This document shows, piece after piece, positions 25,773 through 34,942 of a DNA stretch of 64,000 nt. This stretch comes from Clostridia bacterium (GTDB lineage: Bacteria > Bacillota > Clostridia > Christensenellales > CAG-138). The translations under genes and the position numbers were made by a program. Position 1 is the stretch's first letter. The number at the start of each line of letters is the position of its first letter. The notes below the pieces were generated by a model that had not been told where the DNA came from, did no database searches, and was given only the letters and a program-made list of their open reading frames with translations. The stretch is from contig JAFWJN010000040.1 in NCBI GenBank assembly GCA_017514685.1, forward strand, positions 5,056-69,055. Direction: 5' to 3'.

Positions 25773-27156
25773 TCTTCTTTCCCGCCTTCGTCGCTTCCTC
25801 TTCCGCCTGTTTCAGGACCTTCTGATAAGGCATCAGCATTCCTTCCGTCATCTTTCCGCTGATCTTTTTCTGAAGCTTCTTGTTGGACATCATTGCGCCT
25901 ACCAGATACATTGCCGCAATCATGCCTTTCTTTTTCTGCGGGAAATCATAGAATCCATGCTGTTTATAGAATCGGTGATCTTCCCTCATGAGACCCTGCA
26001 TCTGATAAATCAAATCACGGAAAATCTTAAGTCCGCCAACCCCGTAAAAATTCTTTGGCTGTCTGTAATCGTTTGAAAGACAGTATTCCAGTCTTCTTGC
26101 AAGCTGTTCCGCTTCTTTTGCTGAGCAGGCGATTCCTGCAAGATAGTTTCCTCCCACCTGCGCCCGCGCTTCCATAACAGTGCGAAGATTTTCTTCCGAT
26201 TCCAGATTTCCATCCACCAGATACCCAACCGGTTTTCCCATCGTCACTGTCCTGTGCCCGTTACAGAATTGCCTGTCATCATACATTTTGAACCGTGAAC
26301 CCATTGAATGATCTTTGATCGTATATGCATAGATGATTGCATCCCCTTTTTGAATGTTCTCTCTCAGGTAGGTATCAAAGCCATCTTTATATACACAGAC
26401 TCCGTTTGAAGCGCAATGGAAACATCCCAGGCAACCGCCTGAAAATGGGAATGACCGGAGATTGACAACCTCACATGAGGCCGAAACGGCTTTTTGAAAC
26501 CGGCTTATTAGGCAGGATAGACGTGTACCGGCATTTTCCTCCATATCAGTCACGATTATAATTCTTTTGTCTGAGGCGGGAACTGCCGATTTTTCAAAAA
26601 ACTCCCGTGAAAGACTTTCTTCTATTATTTTTTCTTTTTGAGAATGTTCCGGTACATACCTGCGCGGCTCGCTGAATCCTTCCTTCATGTTCCATAGAAT
26701 ATACGCAAAGAAGTCTTCCGCTTCCTTTCTTCCTCTTGAAGAAAGGAGATCTTCCATGTCTGCAGACAGTCCTCTTAAATATTTCATTCCGAGGTCATCG
26801 CAGTTGTCCTGAATAAACTGATGCGCCGTAATATCATAGAAATGTTTGGATGTGGAAATCTGAGTCGCATATTTCCCGCGCATATCGATTCCGTGTTCTT
26901 TTATCAGCTCGATAAAGCGATGCAGCTGTGCCGGAACGAGAAAAGTATAAACCGGATAAGAAAACAGAATCAAATCTGCTCCTTTTAATAATTCTTCCGC
27001 CGCCTGAAAGTCTTTTTCAAGGCTGTGGATTCTCTGCCCCGCATGCAGATACAAAAATTCTGCACTTTCCTTATATTTTGTCTGCAGATAATAAACCGTC
27101 TGCAGCGTAACACTGTTTTCCCCTTTCGGAGAACCGTTCACAACTAGAACCTTCAT
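25765..27156 (-). CDS. Tandem flavodoxin-fold NAD(P)H-dependent oxidoreductase; second half resembles an iron-sulfur flavoprotein
   Basis: MKVLVVNGSPKGENS flavodoxin-like_fold N-terminus. Second module starts RIIIVTD and carries CLGCFHCASNGVC (Cx2Cx2Cx5C, nt 26395-26433). Confidence 0.68.
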   Translation of the reverse strand: MKVLVVNGSPKGENSVTLQTVYYLQTKYKESAEFLYLHAGQRIHSLEKDFQAAEELLKGADLILFSYPVYTFLVPAQLHRFIELIKEHGIDMRGKYATQISTSKHFYDITAHQFIQDNCDDLGMKYLRGLSADMEDLLSSRGRKEAEDFFAYILWNMKEGFSEPRRYVPEHSQKEKIIEESLSREFFEKSAVPASDKRIIIVTDMEENAGTRLSCLISRFQKAVSASCEVVNLRSFPFSGGCLGCFHCASNGVCVYKDGFDTYLRENIQKGDAIIYAYTIKDHSMGSRFKMYDDRQFCNGHRTVTMGKPVGYLVDGNLESEENLRTVMEARAQVGGNYLAGIACSAKEAEQLARRLEYCLSNDYRQPKNFYGVGGLKIFRDLIYQMQGLMREDHRFYKQHGFYDFPQKKKGMIAAMYLVGAMMSNKKLQKKISGKMTEGMLMPYQKVLKQAEEEATKAGKKNE

Positions 27157-27299
27157 TCTTTGTTCCTTCCCGTATTTCTGTCATCATTTCTTATGTGTCT
27201 GCTATTATAGAATCTTATCATATCAGCTCCAAAAAAGGAATGCTTAACAATCTGCGTTCGTTTTCTGCTTTCTTTCTCTTCCGGGTACAGACAAATTCC

Positions 27300-27328
27300 T
27301 TGATAAAGAGATAAAACTTTGCTAAATT
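27300..27328 (+). promoter_or_regulatory. Candidate promoter of the radical SAM operon
   Basis: TTGATA-17 nt-TAAATT. Confidence 0.45.
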
Positions 27329-27413
27329 ATTGTTGTATCGTCGGCATCATCCCGCCAGATTTACTATGACATCACAATCTTTCAGAATACAGTCTCTTAT
27401 TAAGGAGGAACGC

Positions 27414-28802
27414 ATGAAAACCACAAAAAGAGAATGGAACTATGCGGTGAAAAACTTCAATGAAGTTCACCATACCACGCTCAATCCGGAAGGCCCGGGC
27501 GTGGTACGGATTCATCTTGTGCCGCCCTTACTCCAGGATGGTGAATTCGGCGCCAGCTGCGCAATCATCAACGGGCAGGATTTTATTCCTGTCAACCGTG
27601 CCTGGAGCATTCTTCTTACAGAGTTTATCAAACAGGTGAATCAGTATGCCGGAAAGCCCATCAGTGAAGAAGACAATGAACGCATTCTCTCTGAAACAGA
27701 ATTATCGGTCCGCAAAGTCTATCCTCTGACCGGAAAGAAACGCCTGAGACAAGATCTTTACCGGATCATGCAGACATTTCAGCAGATAGCCCGCGGAGAA
27801 CCTGTCGAGGAGGCAATCGATTATTGTACCATTGGAGAATATGCTCCCTTTATGCGTGCCCCGCACCGTATGGATTTGATGGTCAGCGCGATGTCAAAAA
27901 ATGGAGCATGGCATTGCAACCAAAAATGTATCCACTGTTATGCCGCCGGTCAGCCGCAATCCGATGAACCCGAGCTCAAAACGGAGGACTGGAAGCATAT
28001 TATCGATAAATGCCGTGCCGCAGGAATCGCCCAGCTTACCTTCACCGGCGGCGAGCCAACACTTCGCGAGGACCTTGTCGAGCTGATCGATTATTCTAAA
28101 TGGTTTATCACAAGGCTCAACACCAATGGCATCCGCATCACCGAAGACTTTGCAAAAGCGCTTTGGAATGCCTCCCTTGACAGCATTCAGATCACATTCT
28201 ATTCTTCGGACAAAAATGTACACAACAGACTGGTCGGAGCAGAACGATTTGATGATACGCTTCAGGGGATTAAAAATGCGCTTGCTGCAGGGCTAAGTCT
28301 CTCTGTCAATACCCCTCTCTGCACATTGAACAGAGATTATATCAAAACACTTGAATTATTGCATCAGCTGGGCGTTATCTATGTTACCTGCTCAGGTCTT
28401 ATCACCACAGGCAACGCGGAAACAGAAGCGTCTGAAAATTTACAGCTTGATTCGGAAGAGTTGAAACTGATTCTGAAAGAAGCTGTCGATTATTGCTTCG
28501 CAAACGGTATGGAACTGAGTTTTACCTCGCCCGGGTGGATTGAAGATTCTTTCTTCTCAGAACTCGGTATCAGCACACCAACCTGCGGCGCTTGTCTCAG
28601 CAATATGTGCATAACTCCCGGAGGACATGTTGTTCCGTGTCAAAGCTGGCTTTCCGGCGAAGCGCTCGGCGACATGCTCCATGATGATTGGAGTACCATC
28701 TGGCAAGGCGAAAAATGCGCGGAACGCAGAGCATATTCAGCACTTATGGATGGCAAATGTCCTCTTCGCAAATATCGGGAAGGAGTTGAGAATCATGACT
28801 AA
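27414..28802 (+). CDS. Radical SAM enzyme with C-terminal SPASM/twitch-like Cys cluster and about 165-aa N-terminal extension
   Basis: CNQKCIHC (Cx3Cx2C, nt 27915-27938). GGEPTL SAM-binding motif. C-terminal CGACLSNMCITPGGHVVPC (nt 28584-28640) plus two more Cys. ATG 27414 with AAGGAGG upstream. Confidence 0.85.
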   Translation: MKTTKREWNYAVKNFNEVHHTTLNPEGPGVVRIHLVPPLLQDGEFGASCAIINGQDFIPVNRAWSILLTEFIKQVNQYAGKPISEEDNERILSETELSVRKVYPLTGKKRLRQDLYRIMQTFQQIARGEPVEEAIDYCTIGEYAPFMRAPHRMDLMVSAMSKNGAWHCNQKCIHCYAAGQPQSDEPELKTEDWKHIIDKCRAAGIAQLTFTGGEPTLREDLVELIDYSKWFITRLNTNGIRITEDFAKALWNASLDSIQITFYSSDKNVHNRLVGAERFDDTLQGIKNALAAGLSLSVNTPLCTLNRDYIKTLELLHQLGVIYVTCSGLITTGNAETEASENLQLDSEELKLILKEAVDYCFANGMELSFTSPGWIEDSFFSELGISTPTCGACLSNMCITPGGHVVPCQSWLSGEALGDMLHDDWSTIWQGEKCAERRAYSALMDGKCPLRKYREGVENHD

Positions 28803-30072
28803 CAGAAGACGTGTATTCGCAGGGCTGTTAAGTTTTCTACTTGTCCTCTTTGTCACCTTTGGCTTTGTTCCGACTGCAAAAGCAGACGCTTTGGATGAAA
28901 TACTGGAATATGCCATAACTGTAGATGTAAACGAAGATGGCACTCTCACCATGCTGTATCATCTTGACTGGAAAGTCCTTGACAGTACGAGTGAAGGTCC
29001 TCTTTCCTGGGTCAAAATCGGCATCCCAAATTCCCATGGTATCTCCGTGACAGCTCTCAGCGACACTATTTCGAAAATTGATTTTTATTCCGGCGGAGGA
29101 AACTACGTCCGTGTTGATCTTGACAGAAAATATTATGCCGGAGAGGTTGTTTCCTTCGACTTTGAGCTGATCCAGGATTATATGTATGAGATGAACCGTT
29201 TTACAGACGGGGAAACATATTATGAGTTCACGCCCGGCTGGTTTGATGCAAAGATTGATTCTCTTGTCATCAAATGGAACAGCGAAAATGTCCTGTCCGT
29301 CAATCCTGCATGTCTGTTAAGGGAAGATGGTTATTATACCTGGACATCTTCACTTGGTGCCGGTGATACGTATACGGTGTCTGTAACCTATCTGAACAAC
29401 GCATACTCTTTTGATGACAGTAAAACGATCGACTCTCCGGGCGGCAACGGGTCTGATGATTTCGTTTCCTGCGTTCAAACGGGTTTTTCAGTGCTTCTCA
29501 GCGGATTGTTTTTTCCAATCATCTTTGCGCTTCCGATTATTGCAATCATTCAAGCGGTGAAAAAAGCCAGCTACTCTGCGACCGGCAATTTTTCCGGCGG
29601 CAAGTCGAAAAAAGTCATCACCCGGGAAAAAATCGTCTATCATCCATCATGCCCCGGCTGCGGTGCACCGAGACCCGAAGGAAAGGATGTCTGCGAATAT
29701 TGCGGAAGGAGTCTCATTAAAAGCAAAGAAACTGTTTCCGAGAAACAAATACCTGAAGAAATGCGGAAAAAGGAGTCAGATGGAATCTACCGTTACAGTT
29801 CCGATCCCAACACCTTTATGAGGGTGCATGTGACGCACGTTCCGATCACCACAACAAAATCTTCAGGAAGTTCTTCACGTTCAAGTTCCTCACGTTCAAG
29901 TTCCTGCGCGCATAGTTCCTGTGCCTGTGCTCATTCCTGCGCCTGCGCGTGTGCATGCGCCTGTGCCGGTGGCGGAAGAGCAGGCTGTTCCACAAAAGAT
30001 TTCTACAACACTGATCTTAAGCTGGAAATGCTCGAAAAGAAAAAGAAAGCCCGGAGTAACAAAAGCAGATAA
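28795..30072 (+). CDS. DUF2207-like single-pass membrane protein with cytoplasmic zinc ribbon and Ser-rich / (Cys-Ala)n C-terminal tail
   Basis: Signal peptide MTNRRRVFAGLLSFLLVLFVTFGFVPTAKA. YAITVDVNEDGTLTMLYHLDW ectodomain. TM helix. CPGCGAP..CEYCG. Tail SSRSSSSRSSSCAHSSCACAHSCACACACACAGGGRAGCS. The ATG overlaps the radical SAM stop by 8 nt. Confidence 0.65.
   Translation: MTNRRRVFAGLLSFLLVLFVTFGFVPTAKADALDEILEYAITVDVNEDGTLTMLYHLDWKVLDSTSEGPLSWVKIGIPNSHGISVTALSDTISKIDFYSGGGNYVRVDLDRKYYAGEVVSFDFELIQDYMYEMNRFTDGETYYEFTPGWFDAKIDSLVIKWNSENVLSVNPACLLREDGYYTWTSSLGAGDTYTVSVTYLNNAYSFDDSKTIDSPGGNGSDDFVSCVQTGFSVLLSGLFFPIIFALPIIAIIQAVKKASYSATGNFSGGKSKKVITREKIVYHPSCPGCGAPRPEGKDVCEYCGRSLIKSKETVSEKQIPEEMRKKESDGIYRYSSDPNTFMRVHVTHVPITTTKSSGSSSRSSSSRSSSCAHSSCACAHSCACACACACAGGGRAGCSTKDFYNTDLKLEMLEKKKKARSNKSR
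29875..29967 (+). repeat. In-frame tandem 15-nt repeat (TCACGTTCAAGTTCC x2) followed by a TGY-GCN dicodon repeat
   Basis: Direct reading of nt 29875-29904 (two identical units), the related unit TGCGCGCATAGTTCC, then TGTGCC/TGCGCC/TGCGCG/TGTGCA repeats. Confidence 0.8.
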
Positions 30073-30079
30073 GAATATG

Positions 30080-30111
30080 AAAACTGCGTTTCCAATTGGA
30101 AACGCGGTTTT
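30080..30111. terminator. Bidirectional hairpin terminator
   Basis: AAAACTGCGTTTCC-AATT-GGAAACGCGGTTTT (one G-U pair), A/T runs on both sides. Confidence 0.75.
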
Positions 30112-30128
30112 AAAATACTACTGATTTG

Positions 30129-30788
30129 CTATGCTTGTTTTCTTCTGCAATACAGATAAAGGAAAAGAACCATCAGCAATTCCCCGAACATGCTGATAAA
30201 GAAAATCAGATCGGAGTTTCCGGTAGCAGGGCCAAGTGCTGAAAACGCAAACATAAAGAACCCGGAAAGGAACAAATGCGGTGTCTTCTGTTTTACCCAG
30301 ACAACAATTCCCGCGATCATCATCGGAATCACCGTTCCGAAAGATAAAATACGGCTGATTATATCCGCCCAACCGGGTGTGTTTTCGCTTGAGGCATAGC
30401 GGACAACTCCGGCTATCTTCTTTGGCTCCAGTACGGTTGCAATTCCTTCCGTGGCGCCGGCAATCATTAGCAGAACTGTGAACACCCAAACCCCGACCAT
30501 GACCGGCTTTTTCAGTTTCAGCGCATATCCGCAGATCGGGAACAGCAGCGGGATCAGAATGCCGTGGGCTACAAAACGGACCGGGCTGATTGCAGCAAGA
30601 ACACTCTCAGGCAAGAATGCCCCAAGCCCGATTATCACAGCATCAAGGATCAACCCGAATGTGACAAGTACAGAACAAATCACGATCGGTCTTTTCTTCA
30701 GCCGAAGCAGCATAATGGCAATCAGCAATTCTGCCGCTGCGATGCTCCATATGGCATAAGGACAAATTGTCAGCAGAAAATCTCTCAT
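30129..30788 (-). CDS. Integral membrane protein (about 7 TM), function unknown
   Basis: Hydrophobic throughout. ATG 30788 has GGAGG 5 nt upstream, whereas track start 30800 has none. Confidence 0.5.
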   Translation of the reverse strand: MRDFLLTICPYAIWSIAAAELLIAIMLLRLKKRPIVICSVLVTFGLILDAVIIGLGAFLPESVLAAISPVRFVAHGILIPLLFPICGYALKLKKPVMVGVWVFTVLLMIAGATEGIATVLEPKKIAGVVRYASSENTPGWADIISRILSFGTVIPMMIAGIVVWVKQKTPHLFLSGFFMFAFSALGPATGNSDLIFFISMFGELLMVLFLYLYCRRKQA

Positions 30789-31002
30789 CAGTACCTCCAT
30801 TTAATAATATAAATAAATATATATCCTGTTTTGCCTCAAACATTATATCTTCTCCTGCACACAATGTAAACTCCGATCTGATACTCTGTCAGTCTCTTCT
30901 CATGCAAAATGCTTGCTTTTTTCTATCAAATACGTTATCTATATTACAAGGTTTTGTGACCTTTCGTTATAATCCCATTCTCAAAAGGAGATCAAAGTAC
31001 TT

Positions 31003-31473
31003 ATGCCGCTTGTCAGAACTGCTGTTTCATCCGATATCCCCTCGTTAATGCATTTATTGGAACAAGTAAATCTTGTCCATCATCTGGGCCGTCCTGATCT
31101 GTTCCGGAAGGAAACCAAATACGGGCCGGAAGAACTTGCTTCCATTCTGTCTGATCCGGATACTCCCGTTTTCGTATGTGAAGAGAATGGGGTGGTGCTC
31201 GGTCATGCCTTCTGCATTATTGAACGAGTACGGAATAGCCGGCTGCTCTGTGACCGTGTTACCCTTTATATCGATGATATCTGCGTGGATGAAACCGCAA
31301 GGCATATGGGCGTCGGCAGTCTGCTGTTTAACGCCGCTGTTCAATACGCAAAAAGCATCGGTTGTTACAATATCACACTTAATGTCTGGGCCTGTAATCC
31401 GGGCGCTCTTGCTTTCTATGAAACTCTCGGATTAAAACCTCAGAAAATCGGAATGGAAATGATTCTCTCCTGA
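31003..31473 (+). CDS. GNAT-family N-acetyltransferase
   Basis: Acetyl-CoA motif A RHMGVGSLLFNAAVQYAKSIG, 156 aa. Confidence 0.8.
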   Translation: MPLVRTAVSSDIPSLMHLLEQVNLVHHLGRPDLFRKETKYGPEELASILSDPDTPVFVCEENGVVLGHAFCIIERVRNSRLLCDRVTLYIDDICVDETARHMGVGSLLFNAAVQYAKSIGCYNITLNVWACNPGALAFYETLGLKPQKIGMEMILS

Positions 31474-31511
31474 AGCCAGACGAACATTCGGTAATCGTTC
31501 CGCTATATAAG

Positions 31512-31540
31512 AAAGCCCTGCCGAAGCAGGGCTTTTCTGA
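31512..31540. terminator. Bidirectional hairpin terminator
   Basis: AAAGCCCTGC-CGAA-GCAGGGCTTT followed by TCTG; A run upstream. Confidence 0.78.
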
Positions 31541-31553
31541 TCAGTGGGCATGA

Positions 31554-32831
31554 TTACCGGATGCCTGTTATTGTGAGGTTATAGAGTCGCGTTTCTTTGG
31601 GAATCACCATATTATTGTATTGTTCGGTTTCTTTGGAGCAGCGCATGGATGGAATTGCATCCTGCATCGTTCCGGAAACGCTGCCGCCGGTAATGACATC
31701 GACTTTTCCATCATGATGCCAGTAACCGAGGCGGATCTCTCCGAGGACGTCCCCGCCGACCTCGTCGACCTGGAAGTCGGAAAACTCGACGAGCTCCAGA
31801 TAATCTCCGGCGTGCAGGACCGACTCGTCTGCCGTTCCGCCGGATACGACAAAGTTGTTCACGTCCGAACTGTTTTTATCCCCGAGATATTCGCTCATCT
31901 GACGATTGCCCCAGCTTTCTTCCGCCACGCCGTCACGGATGATATACCGTTCGCGGATCAATGCGCCTTCTTCATCTACCGGATAGGATTTGGAGGAATT
32001 ATCTAAAGACGCTTTTGCCAGAATCGAAATGCGGTCTCCTGTCGTATATTCCGCGACCGCTTCGCCCTTGCTCCAGTCGGAAAGCTTCCGGAACAGCAGG
32101 GCCGCGTTCATGCGATAAGCGAAATACGAATAGAGCTCCACTGCGTCCGCCGTGGAAAAGACAACGTCACTCTTCTGCAGTTTCGGGGTCGGCTCCGCAA
32201 TCAGGCGGTCTTTTCCGAAGCGGAGGGCGTCTTCCACGTCCCGGGTCAGTTTTTCGCCGTTGCAGACGCCGGATTCAAAATTCCGGTACAGTTCGATCTC
32301 ATGGTCTCCGCGGCTCGCGTTGACCACGACCTCGATCATGGACTCAGGATAGGTGACCTCGTACGTCACACCGTTCGAATTCTCAAAACGCTTATGGATC
32401 TCCCGGACGAAGATCTCATACGAATTGATTCTCTCCGTCTCCGTCTCATGCACTGCCTGCATCGCGTTCATGAAGCTTTCGGCAATCGCGGCATGGTCGA
32501 CGGGCTTCTGTTCCAAAACCGGAATAGGAACGTCAGTCAGGGTGTAAGCCGGGTTCTTGACTAGCGACGCCTGATAATACAGGTTTTTCAGTGCCTGATC
32601 CAGTTCCTCGTCCGAAGCGGTCGGATTGATGTCCCCGGAAGCGCTTCCGAGCATTTTTCCGTCTTCCAGAGGACGGTATACCTTGACTTTCAGTGTCTTG
32701 ACGCTGCTCGCGCGGTTCTGATCCAGTTTGTGCCGGATAAAGTAGAATTCCCATGCCTTGACGGTCTGCTCCGTCAGTTCATACATATCGCAGCCAATTG
32801 CCTGCAGTTTTTCTTTTACAGCCTTAAACAT
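31554..32831 (-). CDS. pmbA: PmbA/TldE-type partner of the TldD metalloprotease
   Basis: TldD/PmbA-family length and C-terminal beta-rich region without HExxxH. ATG 32831 forms a TAATG overlap with the tldD stop. Confidence 0.75.
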   Translation of the reverse strand: MFKAVKEKLQAIGCDMYELTEQTVKAWEFYFIRHKLDQNRASSVKTLKVKVYRPLEDGKMLGSASGDINPTASDEELDQALKNLYYQASLVKNPAYTLTDVPIPVLEQKPVDHAAIAESFMNAMQAVHETETERINSYEIFVREIHKRFENSNGVTYEVTYPESMIEVVVNASRGDHEIELYRNFESGVCNGEKLTRDVEDALRFGKDRLIAEPTPKLQKSDVVFSTADAVELYSYFAYRMNAALLFRKLSDWSKGEAVAEYTTGDRISILAKASLDNSSKSYPVDEEGALIRERYIIRDGVAEESWGNRQMSEYLGDKNSSDVNNFVVSGGTADESVLHAGDYLELVEFSDFQVDEVGGDVLGEIRLGYWHHDGKVDVITGGSVSGTMQDAIPSMRCSKETEQYNNMVIPKETRLYNLTITGIR

Positions 32832-34267
32832 TATCCAAGCCTCGCTTTCGTTTTCAGATAGGGACCGCCGTCTGCCACTTTGACCCATTCCTTGTAGCCT
32901 TTTCCGCAGCCGCCGTTTCCATCCACTCTGCGGTCTGTGCTCGCCATGCAGATGTTACCAAGCAGGTCCGGAACGTATCCTGTCATGATGACAGGGGATA
33001 CGACTTTTCCGGTCAGTTTCCCGTCTTTGATCTCGTATCCGCGGGAAACAATGCACTGGATCCCCCAGTGCTTGGGGTCCTCCATGCCGCTCTCCGTTCC
33101 GGAAAGCAGGTATCCGTGTTTAACGGACGCAATCATGTCATCCACGGAATCCGTGCCCGAATCGAAGATCGTGTTTGTCATACGGGTGTATGCCTTATGG
33201 GCAAAATTCTGCCGTTTGCCGTTTCCGGTCGGCTGTCCTCCGAGACGCAATGCCGCCAGGGCGTCGCAAATCCCTGTCTTTAAAATGCCGTGATCGATCT
33301 CGATGACGTCTCCTGCGATAATGCCTTCGTCGTCGAACGCGTATGCCGTAACGCTGTCTGCGCAGAGCGCGCCCTCATGCATTGTGACCTTGTCGCTTCC
33401 GACTCTTTGTCCAATGTATTTTGCGCCGAGTGCTCTTTCCTTGACGAACATATCCATCTCCACGCCGTGACCGAATGCCTCATGGGCAATCAGTCCAGTG
33501 ATGCCCGGATCCGTGATGATCTCGTATTCTCCCGGAACGATCTTTTCGGAACTCAGCAGATCCTGCATCAGCTTCGGGAATTCTTCCAGCGTTTCTTTCA
33601 GGCGGAAGAGGATCTCGGGACCGCCGAGGCCGGATACACCTTTGTACGCCATCTTCATTTCTCCCTCTTCATTGGGAGCAAACGATGCGATCGATCCTTC
33701 GGCATATACATAACTTTGGCGAAGGAAGCGGTTCTTCGAGATAAACATCTTTGAGATATGCGTGGACATTCCCCTTACGTTGCAGTCGCGCGCGCCGGGG
33801 ATGATCTCCATGCCGCGGTCGGAAAGCGACTGCAGAAACGATACCAGCTTTTCCGGATCTTCCGTCTCCGGAAGCTGTTCGGTCTCTTTCTCAACGAACA
33901 GTTCGAGCGGTTCGTCCGAAAGCAGTCCTGTCTCATATACCGGCGTTTTGGTCTTTTCCAGCACTTTTATCTGCCGGTCCAGTTCGTCCCGGATCTTTCT
34001 GACCGCCGCTTCGGGATCTTCCTGATCGATCTCGTTGAACGCGTATTCGCTGTAAAGACCGTTTTTCGCGACGCGGACGACATTGCCGCGCTCTGTTGTC
34101 ATGTTCGAGTTGGTCACAGACTTGCTGCGCTGTGACATCTGAATCGTAAAGCCGACGGAATCCGTGGACAGTACGCTGACATAGTCATACGTTTTGCCAA
34201 GCAGATCCACCAGCTGGTGCACCCACGGCACGATGCCGTTCAGATAGGGTGAAAACGGTGCCTTCAT
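32831..34267 (-). CDS. tldD: TldD-family metalloprotease
   Basis: HEAFGHGVE zinc motif and GxC-containing C-terminal region (GNGGCGKG). AAAGGAGG SD. Confidence 0.87.
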   Translation of the reverse strand: MKAPFSPYLNGIVPWVHQLVDLLGKTYDYVSVLSTDSVGFTIQMSQRSKSVTNSNMTTERGNVVRVAKNGLYSEYAFNEIDQEDPEAAVRKIRDELDRQIKVLEKTKTPVYETGLLSDEPLELFVEKETEQLPETEDPEKLVSFLQSLSDRGMEIIPGARDCNVRGMSTHISKMFISKNRFLRQSYVYAEGSIASFAPNEEGEMKMAYKGVSGLGGPEILFRLKETLEEFPKLMQDLLSSEKIVPGEYEIITDPGITGLIAHEAFGHGVEMDMFVKERALGAKYIGQRVGSDKVTMHEGALCADSVTAYAFDDEGIIAGDVIEIDHGILKTGICDALAALRLGGQPTGNGKRQNFAHKAYTRMTNTIFDSGTDSVDDMIASVKHGYLLSGTESGMEDPKHWGIQCIVSRGYEIKDGKLTGKVVSPVIMTGYVPDLLGNICMASTDRRVDGNGGCGKGYKEWVKVADGGPYLKTKARLG

Positions 34268-34317
34268 ACAAATCCTCCTTTGAATCGCATTGGAAAAAGT
34301 ATATCATATCAAATCTG

Positions 34318-34358
34318 AAAAAGAAAGAAAAAGTCCGTATCTTTGCTTTATACGGACT
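34318..34358 (-). terminator. Rho-independent terminator after the flavin reductase-like gene
   Basis: Minus strand AGTCCGTAT-AAAGCAAAG-ATACGGACT followed by TTTTTCTTTCTTTTT. Confidence 0.85.
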
Positions 34359-34386
34359 ATATAGGGTCTTCGCCATGTTTTACAGG

Positions 34387-34884
34387 TCATTCTTTCACAA
34401 GAACCTTTATTATCTCTCCATGATAGAGTGTATGAACACCATCCTTCAGATACCATTCTTTCACGCCATCATCACAACTGAAAGCATCAAAATCATTTCT
34501 GCCCATGATGCGGCAGATCACGACCGCCCTGCTCTCCGCAAAATACGGGACGCCGTCTTCTTCCAGTACCGTAAGCCCGCAGTTTTTCATCTTGTTCTCG
34601 TCCCTTCCGGACACGGTTCCGAAATAACCGAGAACGTTTTTCTGCTCCGGTTCCATAAAGCAGACAGAATAGTAATCAGCTCCATCGAAGATATGTTTAG
34701 AATACCGTGCTTTATGTACGTACACTGTCATTGCCGGCTTTCTCCAAAGCCTTCCGAACTCCGCCCATCCGATTGTCAGGCCATTGGTCTCCTTCCCGTC
34801 CGATGCCAGAGCAATTGCCGGCTCTGTATTCAGTTTCATAGGGTTAATATACTGAAACAGATTTTCTACTTTTATTTCTTTCAT
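34387..34884 (-). CDS. Flavin reductase-like FMN-binding domain protein
   Basis: 165-aa split-barrel-like pattern (ALASDGKETNGLTIGWAEFG...). Assignment rests on resemblance only. Confidence 0.6.
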   Translation of the reverse strand: MKEIKVENLFQYINPMKLNTEPAIALASDGKETNGLTIGWAEFGRLWRKPAMTVYVHKARYSKHIFDGADYYSVCFMEPEQKNVLGYFGTVSGRDENKMKNCGLTVLEEDGVPYFAESRAVVICRIMGRNDFDAFSCDDGVKEWYLKDGVHTLYHGEIIKVLVKE

Positions 34885-34942
34885 CAGTTCCTCTTTTTCG
34901 CTTTTTCAGAATCGTATCGGTTATTATTTTCCGACTCACTTT

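Noticed and set aside
29905-29990. TGY-GCN repeat tract considered as a possible CRISPR-like or microsatellite non-coding repeat
   Set aside because: It is in frame within a long ORF and encodes the Cys-Ala tail. There is no spacer/repeat periodicity of CRISPR type. No CRISPR array, cas gene, transposase, integrase or phage gene was seen anywhere in the window.
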